Source of the DNA: Halobacteriales archaeon QH_2_65_14 | Lineage (GTDB): Archaea; Halobacteriota; Halobacteria; Halobacteriales; Haloarculaceae | Direction of reading: 5' to 3' | DNA length: 61,281 bases | NCBI GenBank assembly: GCA_003021285.1 | Contig: PXQO01000025.1 | Span: 5,138-66,418 of the forward strand | Part shown: positions 46,602 to 56,133 of the stretch, piece after piece | Numbering within the stretch: the first letter of the stretch is position 1 | Layout: each line of letters starts with the position of its first letter | The notes under the pieces: model-generated | What the model was told of the DNA's origin: nothing | The model's database searches: none | The model's input: only the letters and a program-made list of their open reading frames with translations | Translations under genes and position numbers: made by a program

Positions 46602-49110
46602 GTGAAACTGATCGTAACCGAGAAAGAGAACGCCGCGCGCCGCATCGCAGACATACTGAGCGAGGGGAGTGCCGACGTCGAACAGCGAAACGGCGTGAAC
46701 GTCTATCGCTGGGGGAACACCCGCGTCGTCGGGCTGTCGGGCCACGTCGTCGGGTTGGATTTCCCCGACGAGTACAGCAACTGGCGCGACGCCGAACCGG
46801 TCGAGTTGATCGACGCCGAGGTCGTCGACCGACTACGACCGGGAAGGGGAACTCATCGGTAAGGAGGCGTACGAACTCGTCAGCGAGCACGTCGACGGCC
46901 CGATAGAACGGGTCCGGTTTTCCTCGATCACGGACACCGAGGTCCGGGAGGCGTTCGCGAACCCCGACGACCTGGACTTCGACCTGGCGGCGGCCGGCGA
47001 GGCCCGACAGATCATCGACCTCGTCTGGGGGGCTGCACTCACGCGGTTTCTCTCGCTGTCGGCCCGCCAGCTCGGCGACGACTTCATCTCCGTCGGCCGC
47101 GTCCAGTCGCCGACGCTGAAGCTCATCGTCGACCGCGAACGCGACATCGAGGCGTTCGAACCCGAACAGTACTGGGAGCTGTTCGCCGACCTCAAGAAGG
47201 GGGCTGACGAGTTCGAAGCCCAGTACTTCTACGACGACGACGGGACCGAGGCCGAGCGCGTCTGGGACGAGGCGGAGGCCCGGGACGTCCACGAGCGACT
47301 GGGGGCCGCGTCGAGTGCGGCGGTCGTCTCGGTCGACAAGCGCACCCGGACCGACCGTCCGCCCGAACCGTTCAACACGACCGCGTTCATCAGCGCCGCC
47401 GGTTCGCTCGGGTACTCTGCCCAGCGTGCGATGTCCATCGCAGAGGACCTCTACACGGCGGGGTACGTCACCTACCCCCGCACCGACAACACCGTCTACC
47501 CCGAGGACCTCGACCCGGAAGCGCTGCTGGAATCGTTCGTCGGCAGCGACGAGTTCGGCGAGGACGCCGAGCAGTTGCTCGGCCTGGACGACATCGAACC
47601 GACCCGCGGTGACGAGGAGACGACCGACCACCCCCCGATCCATCCGACGGGCGAACTGCCGGCGTGGGGCGACCTCGACGACGACGAGTGGCAGGTGTAC
47701 GAACTCGTCGTCCGGCGCTTTTTTGCGACGGTCGCCGAGCCGGCCACCTGGGAGCACCTCCGCGTCGTCGCCGAGGCGGGCGGCTGTCGGCTCAAGGCGA
47801 ACGGCAAACGGCTCGTCGATCCCGGGTATCACGCGGTGTATCCGTACGCGAGCACCAGCGAGAGCTACGTGCCCGACGTCGACGAGGGCGAACGACTGGA
47901 CGTCAGCGAGGTTCGGTTCGACGAGAAGGAGACCCAGCCGCCCCGCCGGTACGGCCAGTCGCGGCTCATCAGGAAGATGGAGGAGATGGGCATCGGGACG
48001 AAGGCCACCCGCCACCACATCGTCGAGAAACTCTACGACCGGGGATACATCGAGAGCGACCCGCCGCGACCGACGGCGCTGGCGGAGGCGGTCGTCGAGG
48101 CCGCCGAGGCCTTCGCCGACATGGTCATCAGCGAGGAGATGACGGCGCAACTCGAACGGGACATGACCGCCATCGCCGAGGGCGAGGCGGCGCTCGACGA
48201 GGTGACCGACGAGTCACGCGAGATGCTGGAACGCATCTTCGAGGAGTTGCGCGAGTCGCGCGAGGCAATCGGCGACCACCTGCAGGAGTCGCTGAAGGCC
48301 GACCGTCGGCTGGGACCCTGCCCGGAGTGTGGCGAGGACCTGCTGGTCCGGCGCAGCCGACAGGGGTCGTACTTCGTCGGCTGTGACGGGTTCCCCGAGT
48401 GTCGGTTCACGCTGCCGCTTCCCAACACCGGGGAGCCGCTCGTGCTGGACGACGTCTGCGAGGAACACGACACACACCACGTGAAGATGCTCGCCGGCCG
48501 GGACACGTTCGTTCACGGCTGTCCCCGATGTGCGGCCGCGCAAGCCGAAGAGAGCGAGGAGCGCGTACTCGGTGCCTGCCCCGACTGCGGGGATGGCGTT
48601 GCTCCGACGGAGCAACGAGGCGAAGGCGGCGATAGCGAGGCGCGAAGCGCCTCGAACCATTCGAGCGAGCAGAGCTCGCGAGAAGAAGCCACCGAAGCAC
48701 ACGGCGGCGAACTGGCGATCAAACGGCTCCGGTCGGGGTCCCGGCTCGCCGGCTGTACCCGCTATCCCGACTGCGAGTACTCCCTCCCGCTCCCGCGCCG
48801 CGGCGACATCGAGATCACCGACGAGCGCTGCGAGAAGCACGCTCTGCCGGAACTACGCGTCCACAACGGCGACGAGCCCTGGGAACTGGGCTGTCCGGTC
48901 TGTAACTACCGGGAGTACCAGGCCAGGCAGGCCGTCGACGACCTCGAAGACATCGACGGTATCGGCGAGAAGACCGCCGCGAAGCTCCGGGAGGCCGACA
49001 TCGAATCGCCGGACGACCTCGCGGCGGCCGACGCCGACTCGCTCGCCGACCGGCTCCAGGGAATCACCGCCGAGACGTTCCGCGAGTGGCAGGAACAGCT
49101 CGCGAGCTGA
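46602..49110 (+). pseudogene. topA: DNA topoisomerase I (type IA) with a frameshifting deletion in the TOPRIM domain (~46827)
   Basis: KLIVTEK and LSGH in one frame; TDYDREGE, SVGRVQSPTL, GYVTYPRTD, zinc ribbons and HhH in the +1 frame from 46828. Confidence 0.9.
48597..48681. repeat. in-frame triple-hairpin insertion inside topA
   Basis: CGTTGCTCCG-A-CGGAGCAACG; CGAGGCGC-GAA-GCGCCTCG; GCGAGC-AGA-GCTCGC. Confidence 0.75.
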
Positions 49111-49176
49111 ACCGACCGGGCACAGCCCCGCCCGCTTACCGTGCGATTAATCCGTCTGCTGGCAGTGAAGGACCGT

Positions 49177-49815
49177 ATGAGCGTTATCGCCGAGTTCCGT
49201 GTCTGGTCGTCCGTACTCGCCATGGCGGAGACGCTCGATGCGATGTCCGACATCGAAATCGACCTCGTTCAGCAGGCCGGCACGGACCCGAACACCCCCT
49301 ATCTCCTGTTCTGGGTGACCGGCGACAGCCTGGCTGCGTTCGACGAGAAACTCCACGACGACGCGACGGTAACCAACGTCGAACGCTACACGAAGGCTGC
49401 GGATCGCGTGCTCTATCGTGCTCGTATCACCGAGGCAGCGGACGTCGTTTTCTACTCGCTGTGGGTCGAACTCGGGGCCGAACAGATCGACGTCCGATAC
49501 GCGGACGGCTGGTGGTACAACCGGATGCGCCTGCCCGACAGGGACGCCCTGGCGACCATCGCGGAGTGGTGTGTCGACAGCGGCGTCGAGTTCGACCTCC
49601 AGGCGGTGTACACCGACGACCAAACGGCGTATCCCCGCGCGACCCTGACCGACGAACAGCGCGAGGTGCTCCAGGTCGCACACGACCTCGGCTACTTCGA
49701 CGTCCCCCGGAGTGCGACGCTCGCGGACGTCGCGGCGGAACTCGGCATCTCCAGCCAGGCCGCATCCGAACGGCTCCGTCGCGGCCACCGCCAGCTCATC
49801 GCACAACACCTCTGA
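49177..49815 (+). CDS. HTH-10 (Bat-type) regulator
   Basis: LTDEQREVLQVAHDLGYFDVPRSATLADVAAELGISSQAASERLRRG. Confidence 0.9.
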   Translation: MSVIAEFRVWSSVLAMAETLDAMSDIEIDLVQQAGTDPNTPYLLFWVTGDSLAAFDEKLHDDATVTNVERYTKAADRVLYRARITEAADVVFYSLWVELGAEQIDVRYADGWWYNRMRLPDRDALATIAEWCVDSGVEFDLQAVYTDDQTAYPRATLTDEQREVLQVAHDLGYFDVPRSATLADVAAELGISSQAASERLRRGHRQLIAQHL

Positions 49816-49869
49816 ACCAGTCGCTCGCTGCCGTCCCCGGGTTCGGGTCCGACCGCGAAAAATACCCCC

Positions 49870-50178
49870 TTCTATCGCGCTCGCATCACCGACGCAGTGG
49901 TACTGTGTCGTATCCGATGTGGGTCGAACTCGGGGCCGAACAGATGAACGCGCGGTACGCGGACGGCTGGTGGTACAACCGGATGCGCCTGCCCGACAGG
50001 GACGCCCTGGCGACCATCGAGGAGTGGTGTGTCGACAGCGGCGTCGAATTCGACCTCCAGGCGGTGTACACCGACGACGAAACGGCATATTCCCGCGCGA
50101 CCCTGACCGACGAACAGCGCGAGGTGCTCCAGGTCGCACACGACCTCGGCTACTTCGACGCCCCCCGGAGTGCGACGC
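49870..50178 (+). pseudogene. truncated tandem duplicate of the HTH-10 gene
   Basis: 49919-50178 matches 49461-49720 (11 mismatches in 260 bp by my count); no start codon, and it breaks off before the recognition helix. Confidence 0.85.
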
Positions 50179-51442
50179 GCTCGGCCCGGCGGAGCACTTC
50201 CCGGATCGGTACCCCCGTTTCGGCGGCGACTGCCGCCGCGTCGTCGTACTCGGCGCTCACGTCGAACACCACATCACTCTCGTCCACTCGTCCCATCCGG
50301 GCGACTTTTACGCCGACCTCGAACGACCGGCCATCGGCCTCGACGGTGACGGCTTCGACCTCGCGGTCGGCCACGAAGCGATGGCCCGAGCCGTGCTCGC
50401 GCACGCCGAGGGTACCGGTCTCGGCGGCCAGTTTCCGTGCCACCCGCCGCACGTCGTCGGGTTTCACGACGACTTTCACCAGATGTCCTGGCCGGGACTT
50501 CTTCATCGTCGCCGGGACGACCGAGACGTCGAGTGCGCCCGCCTCACCGAGCGTCTCCTGGAGACCGCCGAGGACCTCGGGCGTTGCGTCGTCGAGATTC
50601 GTCTCCAAGACCGTGATGGGGTCCCGACGGAGGTCGGCGGCCGATTCCCCGACGAGTGCGCGCAACACGTTGGGGTGGGACGGGAAGGATTTGTTCCCGG
50701 CACCGTAGCCCGACTCCTCGACGCGAAGCGAGGGGAGCGTCTCGACGCCGTCGGCGACGTGAGCGAGGACGGCCGCGCCGGTCGGTGTGAGCAGTTCCGT
50801 CTCGACCGGCCCACCCCGGAGTGACCAGTCCGCGCGTTCTGCCAGTTCCACCACGGCCGGCGTCGGGACCGGGTAGGTGCCGTGGCTCGTCTCGACGCTC
50901 CCGCCGCCGGTGGCCAGCGGCGTCGTCACGACCCCATCCGGGTCGAGGTCGGCAAGCAGCAGGCAGGCACCGACCACGTCGGCGATGGCGTCGTCGGCCC
51001 CCACTTCGTGGAACTGCGTCGACTCCAGGTCGGTCCCGTGGACGCTCGCCTCGGCCTCGCCCAGGAGTTCGAAGATTGCGAGGGCGTCGTTCTGGACCGG
51101 CGCGGACAGTTCCAGCGACTCGACTATCTCGACGACTTCGGGGTACGAGCGGTGTGGGCCGCTCCCCTCTGCGTGGACGTGGTCGTCACTATCGTCGTGC
51201 GAGTGGTCGTGGTGGCCGTCTCCATCGTCGCGATGGTGTTTCTCCCTGTCAGCGTCTTCGAGCAGGACCTCGACCGCAGTCGCGGTGATGCCACAGCGCG
51301 TAGTAGTGTCGACCTCGTACCGGACGTCGAGCGCATCCTCGACGGGTTCGAGGGCGACTCGGTCGGCTCCTGCCGCCAGGAGTGCCCCGAGTAGCATGTC
51401 CCCGCTCGCGCCCATCCGGCCGTCGAATGCGAGCGTTCGCAT
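50150..51442 (-). CDS. larC: nickel pincer cofactor biosynthesis protein LarC
   Basis: GASGDMLLGAL, His-rich insert, FHEVGADDAIAD, ELLTPTGAA, ETNLDD, MKKSRPG. Confidence 0.93.
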   Translation of the reverse strand: MRTLAFDGRMGASGDMLLGALLAAGADRVALEPVEDALDVRYEVDTTTRCGITATAVEVLLEDADREKHHRDDGDGHHDHSHDDSDDHVHAEGSGPHRSYPEVVEIVESLELSAPVQNDALAIFELLGEAEASVHGTDLESTQFHEVGADDAIADVVGACLLLADLDPDGVVTTPLATGGGSVETSHGTYPVPTPAVVELAERADWSLRGGPVETELLTPTGAAVLAHVADGVETLPSLRVEESGYGAGNKSFPSHPNVLRALVGESAADLRRDPITVLETNLDDATPEVLGGLQETLGEAGALDVSVVPATMKKSRPGHLVKVVVKPDDVRRVARKLAAETGTLGVREHGSGHRFVADREVEAVTVEADGRSFEVGVKVARMGRVDESDVVFDVSAEYDDAAAVAAETGVPIREVLRRAERVALRGASK

Positions 51443-51536
51443 ACCCGTGTTCCGTCCCGCCGGGATATGATACTGTTGTCCTAGTTGCTACCACACGTCC
51501 CGGACGGGCGGGCCACAGGCCACTCCGTCGTAAACG

Positions 51537-51740
51537 TCAGGCCGAGAGCCAGGCGTAGGTTTGGAGAGAACCGAACAGGATCGTGAGCGCGCTGTTCTGA
51601 ACCAGCAGCACGTCGTTGGCAGGTAGTAGCGTCTGCGATGCCACGGCGAGCACTCCGAACACCGTCGCCAGTACCAGGTTGTACTTCGCGAACGCGACCC
51701 AGCACTCCTGGTCGAGTTCGATGAGTCCATCTGTGCCCAT
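51537..51740 (-). CDS. small 2-TM hypothetical protein
   Basis: ATG at 51740 and two hydrophobic segments; the longer upstream ORF runs through repeats. Confidence 0.55.
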   Translation of the reverse strand: MGTDGLIELDQECWVAFAKYNLVLATVFGVLAVASQTLLPANDVLLVQNSALTILFGSLQTYAWLSA

Positions 51741-51816
51741 ACCATACGTTCGGTCTGTTCGGGTAACAAAGACCGGGTGCGTTCTCGAAATATCGTGATT
51801 GCTCGAAAAATGTTGT

Positions 51817-51945
51817 CTTGAAAGCCCCCGCTGGCTCTCTAGGGAATGATGATGTTGTGGTGACTGGGCGCTTGAAAGCCCCCGCTGGCTCTCTAGGGAA
51901 TGGTGATGTTGTGGTGACTGGGCGCTTGAAAGCCCCCGCTGGCTC
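51817..51945. repeat. 54-bp tandem direct repeat (2 full copies plus a 21-bp third)
   Basis: CTTGAAAGCCCCCGCTGGCTC at 51817, 51871 and 51925; the two full units differ at one base. Confidence 0.9.
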
Positions 51946-52148
51946 GACCGCCCGGGGCTTGTTGTGGTCCTCACTCACTACGTTCGTTGCGGTCCTTACA
52001 GCGCCCGGGACGGATCGACCCAGCGGCCCCTTTCAGTCCGCCCAAACAGGTCCACACGCCCCCCCAGCCGATTGCGGTGCTCACTGCGTTGCGCTCCTCA
52101 TCCCTCGCACGCGACTGTCACGGCATGAACGCCGCGACAGCGCGCGCC
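51928..52148. repeat. haloarchaeal palindromic (PATE-like) element(s)
   Basis: Long imperfect hairpin GAAAG..CCGCTGG..TCGA..CCCGGG / CCCGGG..TCGA..CCAGCGG..CTTTC (51928-52034), followed by a second hairpin module. Confidence 0.65.
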
Positions 52149-52297
52149 GTCAATCAAAATCGGAGTGAGTGAATTGATTGTCACGTTCGTCCCTACCACT
52201 GTTTTCGCCGCCAAAGTTAATGAACTATAATGTCGGAAGCGCTCAGCGCATCCGCGACGGAGTCGTTCTCTCCCGGTGTTGTTCTGCGACGTACCAC

Positions 52298-52918
52298 CTA
52301 TTCCGGGCGGGCTTGTCCCAGGAAGTTCGCGACCAGCCTGATGCCTTCGCCGGTCAGGATGCTCTCGGGGTGGAACTGGACGCCGACGTGGGGTCGGTCC
52401 TGGTGACGGACGGCCATGACGACGCGTTCCTCGTCCTCGGTGCGGGCCGTCTCGACGAGGCTGGCGGGCAGGTCGTCGCGCTCGACCGCGAGCGAGTGGT
52501 ACCGGCCGACCTCCATGTCCTCGGGGAGGCCGGCGAAGATGCCCCGTCCGTCGTGGGAGACCGTCGACGGTTTCCCGTGGACGACCGACTCGGCGTGGCC
52601 GACCGCCGCGCCGTTGGCCGCACACAGTGCCTGGTGGCCGAGACAGACACCCAGCGTCGGGTAGGCACGCTCGGCGAACAGCGGCATCGAGATGCCCGCA
52701 TCGTGGGGGGTGCCGGGCCCAGGCGAAATCACGATTGCGTCGGGGTCCAGGTCGTCGACCTCATCGAGGGTGACGGCGTCGTTGCGCCGGACGTCCACCT
52801 CGCTTTCCTCGCCCTCGCCGTCGCCCCCGAACCACGCGTCGGTCGTCACGACCTCGCCGACGTACTGGACGAGGTTGTACACGAACGAGTCGTAGTTGTC
52901 GATGACGAGTACCTTCAT
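52298..52918 (-). CDS. pabA: aminodeoxychorismate/anthranilate synthase component II
   Basis: IDNYDSFVYNL, ISPGPG, LGVCLGHQ, RYHSL, VQFHPES. Confidence 0.88.
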   Translation of the reverse strand: MKVLVIDNYDSFVYNLVQYVGEVVTTDAWFGGDGEGEESEVDVRRNDAVTLDEVDDLDPDAIVISPGPGTPHDAGISMPLFAERAYPTLGVCLGHQALCAANGAAVGHAESVVHGKPSTVSHDGRGIFAGLPEDMEVGRYHSLAVERDDLPASLVETARTEDEERVVMAVRHQDRPHVGVQFHPESILTGEGIRLVANFLGQARPE

Positions 52919-52943
52919 GGCTGAATCGGATTGCTGACTTCCA

Positions 52944-54428
52944 TCATGGCTGTTCGACCTGCATGTCGGCCCGGTCGCCGAGCGCGCGGTCGACGGCGGT
53001 GACGAGCGCCCGGCCCTTGTCGAGGGTTTCGGCGTACTCCTGGTCGGGCACCGAGTCGTGGACGATGCCGGCCCCGACGCGCAGGAAGTACTCGCCTTCG
53101 TGACGGACGAGCGTCCGGATGATTATGTTCAGCGTCGCGCGCTCGTCGAAGCCGAAAATCCCGATACTTCCGGTGTAGGGACCCCGCCGGGTCGCTTCGA
53201 GTTCGTCGATGATTTCCATCGTTCGCGGTTTGGGCGCGCCCGTGATGGTGCCGCCGGGAAAGACGGCCCCGACGGCGTCCGCGAGGTCGTATTTGGGGTG
53301 CAGGCGGCCCTCGACGAGCGAGACCAGGTGCATCACCTCCGAGTAGCGGTCGACCCGGCGGTACTCGGTCACGTCGACGCTGCCGTAGTCACAGACTTTC
53401 CCCAGGTCGTTGCGTTCGAGGTCGACCAACATTGCGTGTTCGGCACGCTCTTTCTCGTCGGCCAGCAGGTCGCGTTCGAGGCGGTCGTCCTCGGCCTCTG
53501 TCGTGCCTCGGGGGCGCGTCCCCGCAATCGGTTCGGTCAGCAGTCGGTCGCCGTCGCGTTCGAGTAGCAACTCGGGGCTGGCGCTGACCAGGTCGACGCC
53601 GGGGAACTCGACGAGTGCCGAGTACGGCGCGGGGTTGACCTCGCGGAGCGCGTCGAACGCCGCGACCGGGTGGACCGCTGCCGGCGCACGCAGGCGCTGG
53701 GAGATGTTCGCCTGAAACGTGTCCCCCTCGCGGATGTATTCTTTGGCCCGGCGAACGCGTTCGGCGAACTCCGCCCGGGAACAGTCGCTCTCGAACCGCG
53801 CGGTCTCTCCCGCGCCCTCGGGGTCTGGCACGTCGGGGTTCCCGGCGACCGTACGTTGCGCGAGTGCGAGTGCGTTCTCGCGGCCGCGCTCGTAGGCCGC
53901 CCGGCACGCGGCGTCGGTCGGGTCCTCGATCCGGGGGCAGGCGGTGATCCGCAGTGTCACCGTCTCACCGCGGGGTTCCTCCCAGGCGGCCAGCGTCTCG
54001 TATGTTGCGAGCTGTATCCGTGGCAGGTCGCGGTCGCGGACCGCCGTCTCGGGGAGGTCTTCCAGTTCGCGTGCGACGTCGTAGGAGAGCCAGCCGATTG
54101 CGCCACAGGGGTAGGGGACGTCACAGTGCCCACGGGAGAGTTGCTCCCCGTCCAGAAACGACTGCAGGGCGGCGATTGATCCCCGGTCCCCGGGCTCCAC
54201 TTCGAGGAACTCGACGGGTTCGACGCCGAAGTAGCCCCATCCCGACTGGCCGCCGGTCGTGGCGAGGTACGCGCCGCCCGACCCCTCGCGTGCGCGCCGG
54301 TAGGCACGAAACGGGTCGTCGACGGTGACGCGAACCTCGACGGGAATCCGGGCACCGCTCGGTGCGTCGCGTGCGGCGCGTTCGAATCGCTCGACTGTGG
54401 TGACGACTTCCGGGTTCGTACAATCCAT
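52944..54428 (-). CDS. pabB: aminodeoxychorismate synthase component I
   Basis: ASPELL, EPIAGTRPRG, HAMLVDLERND, FPGGTITGAPK. Confidence 0.85.
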   Translation of the reverse strand: MDCTNPEVVTTVERFERAARDAPSGARIPVEVRVTVDDPFRAYRRAREGSGGAYLATTGGQSGWGYFGVEPVEFLEVEPGDRGSIAALQSFLDGEQLSRGHCDVPYPCGAIGWLSYDVARELEDLPETAVRDRDLPRIQLATYETLAAWEEPRGETVTLRITACPRIEDPTDAACRAAYERGRENALALAQRTVAGNPDVPDPEGAGETARFESDCSRAEFAERVRRAKEYIREGDTFQANISQRLRAPAAVHPVAAFDALREVNPAPYSALVEFPGVDLVSASPELLLERDGDRLLTEPIAGTRPRGTTEAEDDRLERDLLADEKERAEHAMLVDLERNDLGKVCDYGSVDVTEYRRVDRYSEVMHLVSLVEGRLHPKYDLADAVGAVFPGGTITGAPKPRTMEIIDELEATRRGPYTGSIGIFGFDERATLNIIIRTLVRHEGEYFLRVGAGIVHDSVPDQEYAETLDKGRALVTAVDRALGDRADMQVEQP

Positions 54429-54456
54429 CAGTATCAGGGGGAGCCGGTAACTGCCG

Positions 54457-55842
54457 TTATTCGCCGTTGGCTTCCTTGCGGGCGTTCAGTTTCGCCTGCT
54501 CGCGAGCGCTGGGGTTGACCGACGGTTTGAACGGCACTTCCGACACTTTCGCGTACACGGGTTCCCCGGGCTCTTCGGCGTATTTGTCCGGCACATGGAC
54601 CTGGAACTCGATGTCAGTGCCCTCCTCGTATATCCTGTCGTCGAGGGGAACGCCGAGGTCCATCAATTTCTCCGCGGGGACGTGAGCGAGGGCGATGTTC
54701 GTCTCTAGCTCCGGATTCCACCACGGCGAGGTAACGTATCCGCACTCTTCGCCCGTCTCGGGGTCGGAGACGAGCCAGAAGTCCGACGCGTAGTCCCGGA
54801 TCGGTTCGCCGGCCATCTTCAGCCCGACCAGTTTGTGCGTGAACGGGTACTCGCCGTTCTCGATCAGTTCCTTCTGTCGCTCCAGTTCCTCTTTCCCGAC
54901 GTAGTCGGCCTCCTTGTCGTCCGGGACGTGATACCCGAGATTGACCTGGAACGGGGAGGTCTCGAAATCCATGTCCTGGCCCCACGAGAGGATGCCGGCA
55001 GCGATGCGGCGATGGTGGGACGGGGCAATCACGTCGCCACCGTGCTCACGGACGGTCTCCAGGACCGGATTCCAGACGCGCTCGGCGTTTTCCATGGAGT
55101 CTCTGATGTAAATCTCGAAGCCTTTCTCGCCGGAGAACCCGGTCTGGCTCACTATCACGGGACAGCCGTTGACCTCCGCCTCCATGAGGCCGTAGTAGGG
55201 AATCTCCTTGACCTCCTCCCCGACGACGTCGACCATCACGTCGACCGATTTGGGGCCCTGAATCTGTATCGGGGAGACGTCGATTTCGTGTATCTCGACG
55301 TCGAAGTTCTCCCCGACGTTCACCCCCTGCAGCCACTGCATCAGGTCCGAATCCGCAATCGAGAACCAGAACTCGTCGTCGGCGATCCGCAGGAGCGGGA
55401 AGTCGTTCAGGATTCCGCCGTCCTCGTTACAACAGATGGTGTACCTGGCGTCCATCCGTTCGAGGCCCGATATGTCCCGGGTGACGACGTAGTTCGAAAA
55501 CGCCTCCGCGTCTGGGCCTTTCACCCGTATCTGCCGTTCGACGGCGACGTTCCACAGCGTCACGTGGTTGACGAGCAGGTCGTACTCGGCCATCGCGCCG
55601 CCATCTTCGGGGTCGATCATCCCCCGAGGGTGATACATCCGGTTGTACACTGTTGCACGCCAGCATCCTTCCTGGACCGACAGGTGCCACAGTGGCGATT
55701 TCCGTACGCGCGTCGAGATCAATAGCTGGATATCGGCATCACCGGTCTGACGGAGATTTCTCGGGAGAACCCGGTCTGACTGGTCGACACTCGGGTAGTT
55801 TGGATGCGCTTGCTGTTCCGACTCGTTTGTGTCGTTGGACAT
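54457..55842 (-). CDS. GcvT-fold THF-dependent methyltransferase, DmdA-like
   Basis: TVYNRM, LWNVAVERQ, FWFSIADSD, IQGPKS, TGFSGEKGFEIY, ILSWGQD. Confidence 0.8.
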   Translation of the reverse strand: MSNDTNESEQQAHPNYPSVDQSDRVLPRNLRQTGDADIQLLISTRVRKSPLWHLSVQEGCWRATVYNRMYHPRGMIDPEDGGAMAEYDLLVNHVTLWNVAVERQIRVKGPDAEAFSNYVVTRDISGLERMDARYTICCNEDGGILNDFPLLRIADDEFWFSIADSDLMQWLQGVNVGENFDVEIHEIDVSPIQIQGPKSVDVMVDVVGEEVKEIPYYGLMEAEVNGCPVIVSQTGFSGEKGFEIYIRDSMENAERVWNPVLETVREHGGDVIAPSHHRRIAAGILSWGQDMDFETSPFQVNLGYHVPDDKEADYVGKEELERQKELIENGEYPFTHKLVGLKMAGEPIRDYASDFWLVSDPETGEECGYVTSPWWNPELETNIALAHVPAEKLMDLGVPLDDRIYEEGTDIEFQVHVPDKYAEEPGEPVYAKVSEVPFKPSVNPSAREQAKLNARKEANGE

Positions 55843-56133
55843 CGTATAGAGTGACGAATGACGGTTAGTTAAAAGAGGGGCGTAATGTTGGGTAGTCAGA
55901 TATATTGTTTCGAGAGTCCCCCGGCCGAAGTCGCAGTACCGCCGCATTGTCGCTCGCTTAACCCGCGATACGGCCGATTACCCTGTCCCGTGAATCGCCC
56001 GGTCGGACGGATTGGTTCCACTACTGGTATATTTGGTTATATTTTGTGTTGTGGTCCGGGTGATTGTGGAGTCGAGGCCGTCCAGGCCCGCCGTCATCGG
56101 ATCGTTCGTGATTTGGTACCGCGACAACCGCTC

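Noticed and set aside
34875-46829. GTCGAC as a common recognition site for the deletions
   Set aside because: Present at only two of four junctions, and extremely frequent (Val-Asp codons) throughout the window.
46821-46862. Programmed ribosomal frameshift in topA (and in gyrB at 16488)
   Set aside because: No slippery sequence, and conserved residues are physically missing, so recoding could not restore the protein.
50150-51442. Orphan larC as a novelty
   Set aside because: lar cofactor genes are commonly dispersed in archaea, so absence of larA/B/E from this window is uninformative.
51817-51945. CRISPR mini-array (repeat contains TTGAAAG)
   Set aside because: The intervening sequences are near-identical rather than unique spacers, the period is only 54 bp, no cas genes are nearby, and the motif is the end of a palindromic element.
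54457-55842. Canonical glycine-cleavage T protein (gcvT)
   Set aside because: The motifs fit DmdA-like proteins better, and no gcvP or gcvH is adjacent.
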